From Octopus sinensis (lineage: Eukaryota), in the NCBI RefSeq assembly GCF_006345805.1, contig NC_043009.1, positions 55,986,001-56,050,000 of the forward strand: a stretch of 64,000 bases of DNA. Reading direction: 5' to 3'. This document shows, one piece after another, positions 35,521-48,818 of the stretch. The notes under the pieces are model-generated. The model saw only the letters and a list, made by a program, of their open reading frames with translations. It did not search any database and was not told the origin of the DNA. The stretch's first letter is position 1. The number at the start of each line of letters is the position of its first letter. The translations under genes were made by a program, and so were the position numbers.

Positions 35521-37591
35521 AGTGCCGAGAAATCGGAAAAAATCGGAGTGTATGTGCATGCATATGCGCGCGCGCGCGTGTGTGCGTGTGCGTGTGCGCG
35601 TGCGTGTGCGTGTGCGCGTGCGTGTGCGCGTGCGTGTGTGTATGCGATCGCGTGTCCGTGCGTGTATCTCCTAGACCAAATCTATTAATTCTAATTATTG
35701 ACTATCAAAGACAAATGATTTGCAGGCTCCTCGGCATTTCTACTCTGTCTCACCCAAAACAATCACTTCAAATTTTGCTTAATCCGCATCTGGAATGTTT
35801 TAGTACCAATATTTTCCGTATAGTTACCCATAGAATTCCAAACTGTACGTGAAACTGTGGTGTTCACATCGGTCTGTGCTAGGTTGAAAATTCCATGGAC
35901 TCCATGTCACTTTCTTTGGAGTTTATAAACATTACATACACATTTACATTCACACACACATATACACACATACACACACCGTCACACACACACACACACA
36001 CACAGAGCTTGATACCCGTAAGTGACCTTGGTTCTTTTTTCTTTTCTTTCTCTCTATTTTTACGTTGTCCGATCTATTGACTCAAAGTAAAAGTTGTTTT
36101 GATCTGGTATTCAATAATTTATTAATCACTGGCAACCATTTTTTATATATTATGTTATATATTGTTACGTGAATGTACTTGCATCTTACACAAAATATTC
36201 ATGCAAATAAACATTTATACACACATATGCATACACAGATGCGTATATGCATACACATACAGAGTGATGAGGAGGGAGAGAAAAAGACAGATAGATAGAC
36301 AGACAGACAGACTGGCAGACAGAAGGAATTAATATCAAATTTTAGTTTCATTAGAATGCACTACATCCACTCAGCTACTACCGTCGATCTACGGGGTGGG
36401 TGTCTCTTGTCTGGTATCAAAATTGTGCACGTTACCATTTTTATATCTTTTAAGCTATTCCTTCGTCGCCAAACATAATTTTAGCTAACTCTGTGACTTG
36501 GGCCACTAAGTTGAGTTGATAGTTTACCCCCAAAACCCACACCATGTCTCCCTGTAACACACCAGTCTAAGATGCAATGAACACCATGCCTTATGCAACC
36601 CATAAGCAAAAAAATCTGCAGATATTTGCTGCAGCAGGCTAATACTGTATGGAATTAGAGATAGCGGTGTCAAATGTTGACTTGTATAACATATATAAGT
36701 GGAGACATTGAATGCTGACATGTAGAATAGCACCATAATTGGTAACATATGTTTGTTAAACAAAACATATTTTGATAGACTTTAAAATGGAACCAATAAA
36801 GATTCCTTAACATTAAGTCTTACTGTGGTTAAAATATGTGGAAAGTCACACTTGAGTTTTTCACTAACTGTTTACTTGTCAAGTGTGTACCAAATCACCC
36901 AAACTAATTTTGATTGATTCTTCCTCCCCGCGGAGCTTCACAGTTTTTTTTTTCTTTCTTAAAATTCTTACTCCACCCAAATACTAACTGAGTGAAGTTC
37001 AAACTGGATACACCCGTATTAACGTCATCAAGATACCCAATGCCTCGTCTAGACTGTTTACGAATATAACTCTTTTGACAAATACCGCGATCTATCCTAA
37101 GCACTAACTTAACTGGTTCTTCATTTTATCGATTCCTTAATTACTTCGTACTGAAGAAATCCAGTTAGATCAAAATGGTGGCTTCCGTATACGAATATTA
37201 AAAACTTTATGGCCGAAACGGACAAAATCAAAACGAATTAAATAAATGTATAAAAATCATGTGATATACTCCAGTGAACTTAAACTTACTTCACTGACAA
37301 ACAAATAAAATATAAATACAAAAAAAACAGATAAAATTGAGTGCCTTGCAATAGACAGAAACATTCATTCAATATTGGTAGGAAATATAGTCACGTTAGA
37401 TTAGTCATTGGTGACTTGGTAAGTTGGAACAACGTATCTTTTAGTTATTTGGCATTTTAATTTAATTAAATGTTATTAAGATGGCATTCGTGTGCTTGAA
37501 AAGAAATTAAACTATCAGAATATACTTCTATAAAGGAAGTCAAGCTGCGAAGGAACTGTTATATGTAGGAAATTACGATGACATTCTACCC

Positions 37592-37849
37592 CAGTGGTTC
37601 ACAACCGGGGTCCATATGATCCTTAGGGGTCGGCACAAAATTTTGTTGTTAGAATTTATGTGCAGTAAATCGGTTATACTTCTAATATACAGAATATATT
37701 TTAATTTTTTAATGAAATTCCTAATAATATTTAATAATAAAAATACAGTAAGATGTTTTTTAATATACAGCGAATGACTATGGAGGTTCAATAGAGTAAA
37801 ATAGGAATCAAAAGGGTCCTTTGGTAAAAAAAATGGTTGAAAACCACTG
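37592..37849. mobile_element. hAT(Charlie)-like MITE
   Basis: TIRs cagtggttcacaacc / ggttgaaaaccactg. No 8-bp TSD is visible. Confidence 0.65.
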
Positions 37850-37920
37850 GGAATGTTTACTATCAAGGTTCACATTTTGGTTTGTAATTAAACAAAGTAC
37901 TCTTCTATCTGAGACATGAA

Positions 37921-38120
37921 TAACCCTTTTGATACCAACCTACCTGGTACACCCTTAGTTCTATGGTAGAAACTGCGTTTTAAAATTATCTGAATTAAAA
38001 CCTTTCCCCCGAAGTTTCATAATGACAAAGAAAGTTATTTTACTAAATTCTTCAGTATTTTTAGAATTAAATGATACAAACTGGGTGTATCGCAACGAAA
38101 ATATGGTAACAAAAGAGTCA
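37921..38120. mobile_element. piggyBac-like MITE
   Basis: Termini taacccttttgatacc / ggtaacaaaagagtca, resembling a degenerate TTAA-CCCT end. Confidence 0.45.
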
Positions 38121-38769
38121 TGCAGTCAGAGTTCCCGTCTATCTGAGAGCTTATATTCTAAATCTCCCTTTCTATTTGAGAAATTGTGTTGTTAAGCTCC
38201 GCTGTTAAACCAGATTAGTGTGGAATTCAATCTGCTGCAACAAAAAGCAGCCAAAATTCCCTCAAATCACACCCTACCACCTAAAAAAAGGAGTAGCACA
38301 TTAGATAATATATTCCTAGATACATTATGTCCAAATAAGATATGAGATAATCATTATTAAAGAATCAATATGTGTGGAAGTAAAACTTAAATACAAAAAT
38401 ATTCACATAAACTTATTTGAGGATTGGATGTTTCTTTCTATTTCAAGGACCTCCATTTTATCTTTTTTATTTTATTTTTCGTCAGTGAAGTAAGTTTAAG
38501 TTCACTGGAGTATATCACATGATTCCTATACTTTATTTAATTCGATTTGATTTTGTTTGTTTCGGTCATAAAGTTCTTAATACTCGTATATAGAAACTAC
38601 CATTTCGATTTAAATGGATTTCTTCAGTATCAAGTAATTAAGGAATCGATAAAATGAAGAATCATTTAAGTCTGAAGTCAGTGGTATTAACTATTTCTTC
38701 CCCTCAAAATGTGGGGTTTTGTACCTAAATCAGAAACCATTAATACGCATTACATTATTTACAACATAT

Positions 38770-39330
38770 GAAGATGGCCCTGCTCGATCTGTAGAAAAGA
38801 TGTAGGTAGAAGCTCCATAAGTGTAAGCTATGGACGCATAAGAAGTGCAATGACATCAAAGGAAGGTTAACTGGGATGATAGGTTTTGTGTACGGCAGAC
38901 GCACAGGGGCAATAAACACCGAAGATGCTCAGAAAACAGATTCCATCACATGCCAAGGGGATAAACTAGAAGTAGTTGATAGCTTCCGCTACCTAGGTGA
39001 CCAAGTCTGTAGTGGGAGTGGATGCTCTGAGGGCGTTGCCAGTAGAATAAGAATAGCCTGGGTAAAGTTCAGAAAGCTCCTACCCCTGCCAGTCAGGAGG
39101 CACTGGTATCGGCCAGTGAGGTGCGGTGGGGAGCAGCATCCACGTTTGGATGGTGTTTTTTACGTGCCACCGGCACAGGAAGTCAGTCAGGCGGCACTGG
39201 CAATGACCTACGCATGAATGGTGCTTATTGTGGGCCACCAGCACGAGAACCAGTCAGGCGGTAATAGCTTCGGTTACAACTACAATTACCATTTTGATTT
39301 CGATTTGATTGAGATTCCGATTGTTATTTT
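38770..39330 (+). pseudogene. RTE LINE fragment (post-RT region joined to 3' UTR-like repeats)
   Basis: DKLEVVDSFRYLGDQVCSGSGCSEGVASRIRIAWVKFRKLLPL, followed by repeated gtgccaccggcac...ccagtcaggcgg units. Confidence 0.75.
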
Positions 39331-39664
39331 TATTTTTATTTTTGATTTTACTTGACTCAATAGGTCTCCTCAAGCACGGCGTGTTGCACGACGATTCAAA
39401 GGTACTTTTTAAATGACTGATTATGCGACACTGGTATAAGCCACGGCTGTGATCTCTACTTGCCGGCGTTGCATTGTGTCCTTGAGGAAAACAGTTTATT
39501 TTACGTTGGTCCAGTCCACTCAGCTGACATAATGACTAAGTAGCACCTGCATTTTAAAGGCCCAGCTTCGTCACATTTTGTGGCCCGCTGAATCTTCCTG
39601 AGAACTATGCTAAGAGTACGCGTATCTATGGAGTGCACAGCCACTGGCACGTTAATTTCACGAG

Positions 39665-39912
39665 CAAGCAAACGAAATACCTGCTTCTTTATTACCTACA
39701 AGGGGCTAAACATAGAGGGGACAAACAAAGACAGACAAATGGATTAAGTCGATTACATCGACCCCAGTGCGTAACTAGTACTTAATTTATCGACCCCGAA
39801 AGGATGAAAGGCAAAGTCGACCTCGGCGGAATTTGAATTCAGAACGTAACGGCAGACGAAATACCGTTAAGCATTTCGCCCGGCGTGCTAACGTTTCTGC
39901 CAGCTCGCCGCT
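39665..39912 (-). mobile_element. SINE family 2
   Basis: Near full length. Confidence 0.85.
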
Positions 39913-40139
39913 TTCTTACATTTTATCAATTCTCGACAGACGTGTGAGTATGTAGGAGATGATTCTGATGCTGATTAATCCAGTGCAGCTCTGATCCAAA
40001 AGAGCTATCGTCAAAAGTATTTCAACTGTGAACCTCACATCCCCGTTTCTTTTCTTTTTCCTTTTTAAAATTAATATAATTTAGATTACATTATCAATGG
40101 ACCAATGGACCTTCCCTTTGTATCAGCTCTTTCTTTGGT

Positions 40140-40167
40140 TTATAAGTGTTGTTGCTGTTGTTATTGT

Positions 40168-40206
<39 letters not shown>

Positions 40207-40440
40207 CAAAAACGACGTCGACGACGATAATGAGCAGGATCAAAATTATGATGACAGTGGAAGAACAATGGGAATTATAATTGCTGTGGTTGGGACTGTG
40301 GTGGTGTTGGTGGTAAAGGTGGTAATGGTGATGGTGATGGAGGTGGTGATGCTGTTGCTGTTGCCGTTGCTGCTGCTGCTGCTGCTGCTGATTGAGTTAG
40401 TAGCCAAGCGATGGTGTGGTGATGATGTCGCTATTGACAA
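40140..40440. repeat. Compound triplet low-complexity tract (GTT/GAT/GGT/GCT)
   Basis: Read directly from the sequence. Confidence 0.85.
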
Positions 40441-40580
40441 CGGTTAAAACTAACAAACAGGGTGGAAACTGGACCAACGTAAGAAATAAATAAATAAATA
40501 AATAAATAAATAAATTCATAAATAGATTTAGACATAAATAAATAAATAAATAAATAAATAAACGGAATGAAATTAGACAT

Positions 40581-40743
40581 AGGCGCAGGAGTGGCTGTGT
40601 GGTAAGTAGCTTGCTAACCAACCTCATGGTTCCGGGTTCAGTCCCACTGCGTGGCACCTTGGGCAAGTGTCTTCTACTATGGCCTCGGGCCGACCAATGC
40701 CTTGTGAGTGGATTTGGTAGACGGAAACTGAAAGAAGCCTGTC

Positions 40744-40791
<48 letters not shown>

Positions 40792-41020
40792 GTATGTGTG
40801 TTTGTGTGTCTGTGTTTGTCCCCCTAGCATTGCTTGACAACCGATGCTGGTGTGTTTACGTCCCCGTCACTTAGCGGTTCGGCAAAAAGAGACCGATAGA
40901 ATAAGTACTGGGCTTACAAAGAATAAGTCCCGGGGTCGATTTGCTCGACTAAAGGCGGTGCTCCAGCATGGCCGCAGTCAAATGACTGAAACAAGTAAAA
41001 GAGAAAAAAGAAAGAGAAAG
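40581..41020 (+). mobile_element. SINE family 1, full length
   Basis: Young consensus-like copy with an (AT)n linker. Confidence 0.92.
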
Positions 41021-41273
41021 AGACATGAGAAAGTGTTGTATTAACATTTATTGCTTTTATCCTTTATTTTTCTTTCGTTTCTTCAACAAAACTTAGACTT
41101 AAACAAGAGCCAAATCCGCCGCATTGATATAACACTAAGTTTGTTTGATAACAAACCACGACTGATTATAACAAAGTTTGTACCAAGAACTCATAAAAAG
41201 AAATTAAAACCAAATTGAAAATTTATCCGTTTGCTATGAAAAGCCTATTTTGTTGTCGTTTTATAATGTTTAC

Positions 41274-41317
<44 letters not shown>

Positions 41318-41878
41318 GGTTTCTTTGTTTTTGTATGCGATTTTTGTTTCGTGGTATAAATTTTAAGCTTCCCTTTCGTTCTTGTAATTTATATCGTCAT
41401 CAAAGAATTCTGAAGAATGCACTATTGAAGAATACCCACAAGGCAATATCTCAACCAGTTCAAATTTCTATACAAAATATTTATTCAATGTAAAAATACT
41501 TTAATCTGGTTGAGCAGTATTTTAAAATGAAATGGAGTGAGGATTAGAAAAACACGGAGAACATTCAAGAACGGATTATATCGGTTAGATACGCTAATAC
41601 GATCCATGATATATTATGTTTTTGTATATATATATATACATATATATAGACACATATACACACATACACACATGCATACGTACATGTGTGTGTGTGTGTG
41701 TGTGTATCTGTGCAATATAACTTATAAATCATCTATGCACACACATGCATGAGTGCACTCAACACACATTCACACATGATCGTACGCACACACACACATA
41801 CATACACAAACACACACACACGCGCGCACGCGTGCGCGCATCCATACAAACAAAACGAAAAACTTCCCAGTAATGGAT

Positions 41879-42262
41879 GGAAGCACTTCGTCGGTTACGA
41901 CGACGAGGGTTCCGGTTGATCCGATCAACGGAACAGCCTGCTCGTGAAATTAACGTGTAAGTGGCTGAGCACTCCACAGACACGTGTACCCTAACGTAGA
42001 TCTCGGGGATATTCAGCGTGACACAGAGAGTGACAAGGCCGGCCCTTTGAAATACAGGTACAACAGAAACAGGAAGTAGAGTGAGAGAAGAAAGTTGTGG
42101 TGAAGAGTACAGCAGGGATCACCACCATCCCCTGCCGGAGCCTCGTGGAGCTTTTAGGTGTTTTCGCTCAATAAACACTCGCAACGCCCGGTCTGGGAAT
42201 CGAAACCGCCATCCTATGACCGCGAGTCCACTGCCCTAACGACTGGGCCATTGCGCCTCCAC
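41879..42262 (-). mobile_element. SINE family 3, tail type b
   Basis: Near-identical to 26163-26549. Confidence 0.9.
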
Positions 42263-42529
42263 CATGTAATAACTAGACAGAATAACGTAGCAGACAACTA
42301 CTGGGCCAATAGCATCGATCAAAAGGACGGCGAGCTGGCAGAATCGTTAACGCGTCAGAATAAATCGTTACAACATTTCTTTCGACTCGGTATGTTCCGA
42401 GTTCAAATCTTGCCGAAGAAGATTTTGACTTTCATCAGTCTGAAGGTTATGAAATAAAGCAGTCTTCGTACTCGAGTCGATAGTATTGAGAAATCATCTC
42501 CCTTCAAAATTGTTAGCTTTGTACCTAAA

Positions 42530-42695
42530 TGTGAAGGTGCATGGCTCAGTGGTAAGAGCATCGGGCTCACAATCATGAGGTACTAAGTTCGATTCCCGAA
42601 GTAGACTGTGTGCTGTATTCTTGAGCAAGACACTTGAATTCGCATTGCCCCAGTTCACTCAGCTGTAGAAATTAGTTACGACGTCACTGGTGCCA
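42530..42695 (+). mobile_element. Older tRNA-headed SINE fragment
   Basis: A-box tggctcagtgg, B-box gttcgattcc and body cttgagcaagacact...cactcagctg. Confidence 0.6.
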
Positions 42696-42825
42696 TTTAT
42701 CAGTCAGAATATCTAAGGCAGCAGTTTTAGCATGGGTTTTCATGCTTGTTTCTAGTACGTCTAATTCCAGAATTTGTTGTATTTGGAATTCACTTAGATA
42801 TTCCTTTGCCTGCTTTGTTACTACC

Positions 42826-43235
42826 ATTTACTATTTACTATTTTACTTGTTTCAGTCATTTGACTGCGGCCATGCTGGAGCACCGCCTTTAGTCGAGCAA
42901 ATCGACCCCGGGACTTATTCTTTGTAAGCCCAGTTCTTATTCTATCGGTCTCTTTTGCCGAACCGCTAAGTGACGGGGACGTAAACACACCAGCATCGGT
43001 TGTCAAGCAATGCTAGGGGGACAAACACAGACACACAAACACACACACACACATATATATATACATATATACGACAGGCTTCTTTCAGTTTCCGTCTACC
43101 AAATCCACTCACAAGGCATTGGTCGGCCCGGGGCTATAGCAGAAGACACTTGCCCAAGATGTCACGCAGGGGGACCGAACCCGGAACCATGTGGTTCGTT
43201 AGCAAGCTACTTACCACACAGCCACTCCTGCGCCT
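42826..43235 (-). mobile_element. SINE family 1, full length
   Basis: Inverted relative to the 40581 copy. Confidence 0.92.
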
Positions 43236-43462
43236 ACTGAGTATGAAGCTCTATTGTCTTCGTGTTTTGAGGCAAGTTTTAATACCCAGTCCTCACAGTT
43301 TTTCAGGTAGGTGTCTAGGCCAATTGTGGCAATCCACATTGTTAATGCCAGTTGTAAAAGTCCACGGCCTTCTTCTTAAATACCAGTGGAGCATTGGGGT
43401 CGATATAATCGACTAGCCCCCTCACCCAAAATTTTAGTCCTTATGTCTATAATAGAAAGGAT

Positions 43463-43509
<47 letters not shown>

Positions 43510-43527
43510 TCGTCATCGTCGTCGTCG

Positions 43528-43580
<53 letters not shown>

Positions 43581-43581
43581 G

Positions 43582-43616
<35 letters not shown>
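43463..43616. repeat. (TAG)n/(TCG)n/(TCA)n array
   Basis: Read directly from the sequence. Confidence 0.95.
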
Positions 43617-43621
<5 letters not shown>

Positions 43622-44545
43622 TTGAATGTTTCCCCGTCAGGATGTGTCCACACACAGCTCCCGCCAAGGACAAATTTTGCTTCAATTACGTTTTTTTAAC
43701 GTTTTGCGTCGGTCTTCTGTCGTGATAGAATAGAGTCTCCGCCCATTCCGGGGTAGAAAGAAAGGTTCATTTTGACAGTATTTTACCAGCTTAACAGTAT
43801 TTTCTTTTCTTTTTTTTTTTTTTTGTGAGGGGAAAGCGTCCATTTGTATTTATATTCCTTATCAACATAGTGACGTCAGAGGTGGCAGCCGGAAGTACTT
43901 GTCACGATGGTAGTGGGTGTCTAGGCGACGAAAATAACAACGCCCCAGCAATTCCTGTTTTGAAAAAAAAGCAGATTTATGTTGAAATAAAATAAAAACA
44001 CAGGCTACATAGCAGGTGAATAAACAGAATTGCAAACACGTTACAAAAATGAAATAGCGGGGAAAAAGTTTTCATTGAAAATTTTACATGGTTATATGAT
44101 TAGGTTCGCTTTGCAACTACATGGTTTCAAGTTCAGCTCCACTGTGCGGCACCATGGGCAACCGTTTTCCAGTAGAACCCCAGCCTGGCCAATGCCTTGT
44201 AGGTAAATTTGGTTGACAGAAACTGTGCGCAATCCCATCGTATATATCTGTGTGTGTATATGTGTGTATGCGCATGTATGTACGTATATATATACACACA
44301 TACATACATATGTAATATGTGTGTGTGTTTGTGTGTTTGTGTGTATGTGTGTGTGTGTGTGTGTGTGCATGTGTACGTGCGTGTGTGTACTTGTGAGGGT
44401 AGATTTGGAGTAACAAACAGGATAAATAGCACTCAATACAGAGCGTAAGTTTAATGTTTATTATTTTTAATTGGCTAGAAGTTACATAGATGATCAATGA
44501 TCGAGTGGCTCGTGCTTGGCACTTGTCAAAGTCTGATAAATGACA

Positions 44546-44945
44546 TACTCTTTTACTCTTTTACTTGTTTCAATCATTTGACTGTGGCCATGCTGGAGCA
44601 CCGCCTTTAGTCGAGCAAATCGACCCGGGACTTATTCTTTGTAAGCCCAGTACTTATTCTATCGGTCTCTTTTTTGCCGAACAGCTAAGTAACGGGGACG
44701 TAAATACACCAGCATCGGTTGTCAAGCAATGCTAGTGGGACAAACACAGACACACAAACACACACATGCATATATATACATATATACGACAGGCTTCTTT
44801 CAGTTTCTGTCTACCAAATCCACTCACAAGGCATTGGTCAGCCCGGGGCTATAGTAGAAGACACTTGCCCAAGATGCCACGCAGAGGGACTGAACCTGGA
44901 ACCATGTGGTTGGTTAGCAAGCTACTTACCACACAGCCACTCCTG
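44546..44945 (-). mobile_element. SINE family 1
   Basis: Near full length. Confidence 0.9.
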
Positions 44946-44986
44946 TGTCACTTTCGTTATTTCCTAGCGATTAAAAATTATAGATA

Positions 44987-45853
44987 CGAAGGGGTACCGA
45001 AAGTAACCGGGAACTTCTCTGTGGGACAAACCCGTTGTAGTTCAGGCTTCCGCCGCTAGAAGACACTTCATGCGACCCACAGGTATCAGTCTGCTGACCA
45101 TCGTCGTCAGGTGATGTCGTACTTCAATGTGGTGCGTCTTTATTTTGCAGTGCTTCTCCCCTACTCGTCGCTTTTGTGATGGCGAAAACGAAGTAACAAT
45201 GTGCTTCCGTGAAATTTTGTTCTCTGCTGGGGAAAACGGCAGCCGAACAGGCCGCTACCATGAGCAAAACACAAGTTTATGAGTGGTTTCCACGCTTTAG
45301 GAATGGTCACTTGTCGCGTGAAGACCAGTCTCGTTCAGGGCAACCGTCGACCTCCTGAACGAATGAAAACAACATGAAAATTCCTGAACAGATCTTGGAA
45401 GGCCGTCACCGAACAATTGACGAATTTGATGATATGTCCTGGAACTCCTGCCATCAAATTTTGGGCGAGGAATTGCGAATGGAAAGAGTTACACCAAAAT
45501 TTGTGCCTTGCTTACTCACGGAAGATCAAAGCATGCCGCGAATGCATGTCCGAACTGAAAAAAAAAACAGTTGGAAGTTGATTCTGACGCTTTTTTCGAA
45601 GGTCATCATTGGTGATGAAAGCTGGTGCAATGGAATTTGCAGATGTGGAAGAGGTGAAGAAAAGAACAACAGAGGCGTTAAACGGAATCACTTCGCAAGA
45701 GTTCAAGCACTGCTTCGAATAGTAGAAAACGCGGCTTGACCGATGCATTGCTTCAAATGAAGAATACTTTGAAGGCGATAAAGGTGTAAACATGTAAAAC
45801 TAAGTGAATAAAATAATACTGCAAAATTCCGGTTTCTTTCGGGTACCCCCTCA
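44987..45853 (+). mobile_element. Internally deleted mariner element
   Basis: TIRs cgaaggggtaccgaaagtaaccgg / ccggtttctttcgggtaccccctca, with TA flanks. Motifs include SKTQVYEWF..F.NG, RSGQPST, KFVPCLLT and IIGDESW. Confidence 0.88.
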
Positions 45854-46019
45854 TATACATACGCGCGCGCGTATGTGTATGACTGTATGGTTAATAAACC
45901 AACTGCGCAACACGCTGTTTCGTGTTATTGCGTGGAATTTTAATAATAGTTCCAAGGTGCCTAATATGAGTATAGTACGCACACAATCACACACACAAAC
46001 ACAGCATTGCCTCCCCTTT

Positions 46020-46330
46020 AAGCAATCTCAAAACACGGATACATACAAGCACCCCAAAAGTGTGCACTTCGCCTACTTCTTCCTTTCTTAGCTCCTCCAT
46101 ACAGAACCGCATTCCCACTTGACCTCTAATCAATCGTCAGTTTTTCCCTTCTCAACCACATTTCTTTTGTCACACTCCTTTTCTTTTCGTCTATGATTTC
46201 TTTCTGATGAAGGACTAATATCCAAAACGTTAAGATTATTTTCCTTCCTTTTCAAGCGTTAAGCTTATACATTAATTGTTAAAACCTGTCCGCCCCGGTG
46301 ATGTCTTTTGTCTTTTGTTCATTATCTTCA
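46020..46330 (+). mobile_element. PLE-like pseudo-LTR with degenerate hammerhead (46198-46235)
   Basis: CTGATGA-a-gga-ctaata-tcc-AAAAC-GTT-aaga, in which G12 is mutated to A. Confidence 0.5.
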
Positions 46331-46356
46331 CTCCATACATACATACATACATACAT

Positions 46357-46388
<32 letters not shown>

Positions 46389-46413
46389 TACATACATACA
46401 TACATACATACAT

Positions 46414-46464
<51 letters not shown>

Positions 46465-46918
46465 TCATACATACATACATACATACATACATACATACAT
46501 ACATACATACATACATACATACATGCATGCATGCATGCATGCATGGTTTTCAACTATTAAATTCCACTCATGAACTAGTAATATCTTTAGACAAGTTACT
46601 CAAAAGTCAGACCGAAACCGGGACCACTTGATTCTCAAGTAAACTTCTTATCCACCTTTGCTATGCCTCAAGTTAATTTTTTTTCTCCTACTTCTTAACT
46701 GTTATCTAATCTTTCTTCTTTACTCTTATGGCCTTCAGAATTTTCAGCAATTAGCTTTTATCCTTTTAGAAATTCTTGCACAGCGATGACTGACAATTAA
46801 GATTAATTTACTGTAATTTGGCATACGAAATACAAATCAAGCATTTCCTATTTAAAGTTAATCAAACGTTACACATCAAACTAAATATCATGGAATTTAT
46901 TTTCTGTGCATGCGTGTG

Positions 46919-46982
<64 letters not shown>

Positions 46983-47351
46983 GATTATGCGTCTGTGAAT
47001 GAGGGAAACGCACAGATACACACTCAAGTAAACACATATGCAAAGCATATATTTAAGCGTGTAATTCTAAGAGTGTAGAGTGCATGTACATATATGTATG
47101 TATATGCCGGAGTGTGTGTGTGTGTGAGGCGGTGATAAATAGACGGATCGACCGACAGGCAAATAAATAGATGGACAGAATACTGGTGCCAACTGTCTTT
47201 TTAAATCCCCAGCCGAAATCCTTCCACTGAGAAAGAATACCATGAATATAGTTTATATTCCTTCAGAAGAAATTATTACTCCGGAATTAAGCCTTGATTG
47301 GACAACTAACCCCGTTTTTGAGTTGGTTTCTTTTAATACGCACGCACACAC

Positions 47352-47415
<64 letters not shown>

Positions 47416-47429
47416 CACAGCTACTAACA

Positions 47430-47604
47430 CGCGATACATATGTGCATAAACATATATATTTATGTAGATATATATACATATAATATACTTACGTGTACAT
47501 TTATATGTATGTATATATATATGTGTGTGTGTATACAAATTTATATGTATGGTGTGTATATATATAATATATATATATATATATACATATATATAAATGT
47601 GTAT

Positions 47605-47635
<31 letters not shown>

Positions 47636-47960
47636 CATACATATAATGTACACGTAAATATATTATATGTATATATATGTGTGTATATATAAATATATAT
47701 ATGTATGTATATATGTGTGTATATATATGTGTGTATATATATAGAATATTATATATATATATATATCTATATATACTACATATATGTATATATATATATA
47801 TACACACATATATGTATGTATATATATGTATATATATACATACATATATACATACATATATATATTTATATATACACACACACATATATATATATATATA
47901 TATGTGTGTATGTATGTATATATGAGTGTATTTAGATATGCATACATATATATATAAAGA
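47430..47960. repeat. Long degenerate (AT)n/(AC)n tract
   Basis: Read directly from the sequence. Confidence 0.95.
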
Positions 47961-48308
47961 GAGAGAAAGAGAGATATACGTACATATGTATGTATAGCCG
48001 CTCACGCATACACTTGCATAAGCACAGCAATTAAAAACCTAGTCTTCGCTCATGTCCCATGAGAATCGCGGACAATTTAGCAGCTACTTAGCCACCAACA
48101 GGGAGCCTACGCCAATTAGCATCATACCAAATTCTTCCTAGATTTCTTCTGACTTAGACCAACCCCAGCAACTTACTGTAACGATTAAGATCTCTAACTA
48201 TGATTGAAACAAGTAAAAGAATTGAATAGATGAATATGTGTGTGTGTGTGTGTGCTGTATGTATAGGTATCTATATGTATGTATATATTATATATATATT
48301 ATATATAT

Positions 48309-48346
<38 letters not shown>

Positions 48347-48360
48347 ATATATATATATAT

Positions 48361-48770
48361 AATATAATTCGAACAAAACCACTATTTTAAAATCAAACAA
48401 GGAAAGACTTAATCAATACATAAAATTTTTAATATAAATTAAATAAACCGCCACTACAATTGTTTCCTGTCTTCTACTGACATTCTTCAGGTGGATTTTC
48501 GATCTTCTAATCAGTATCAAATTTGATACTGATTAGAAGATCGAAAATCCACCTGAAGAATGTCAGTAGAAGACGGAACAATTGTAGTGGCGGTTTATTT
48601 AATTTATATTAAAATTTTATGTATTGATTAAGTCTTTCCTTGTTTGATTTAAAAATAGGTTTTGTCTCGAATTATATTATATAATATTTTACTATAAATT
48701 ATTGGAATTTAACCCTAAATCTGATTTTTCCCTGTAATTTTGGATTCATTCCCTAATATTTATTAATTAT
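48361..48770. mobile_element. Head-to-head hammerhead fold-back element, second family, in (AT)n
   Basis: ~160-bp arms are centred at 48521/48522 with no spacer, followed by a unique tail at 48680-48770. Confidence 0.8.
48451..48494 (-). ncRNA. Minimal type I hammerhead ribozyme motif
   Basis: ccac-CTGAAGA-a-tgtc-agtagaa-gaca-g-GAAAC-aatt-GTA-gtgg. Stem III (acaattgt) is palindromic. Confidence 0.7.
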
Positions 48771-48781
48771 ATAGATATATA

Positions 48782-48814
<33 letters not shown>

Positions 48815-48818
<4 letters not shown>

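Larger units (their letters stand above)
37117..38661. repeat. Pair of ~220-bp inverted repeats (37117-37341, 38452-38661)
   Basis: catgtgatatactccagtgaacttaaacttacttcactgac and its exact reverse complement, with ~80% identity elsewhere by eye. Confidence 0.85.

Noticed and set aside
36540-36600. Minus-strand TGVLQGD resembling an RT motif
   Set aside because: It is an isolated heptapeptide with no flanking RT similarity.
40097-40447. Poly-D/V/L ORF, with similar cases at 27628-28269, 43376-43685 and 63143-63759
   Set aside because: These are translations of compound triplet microsatellites.
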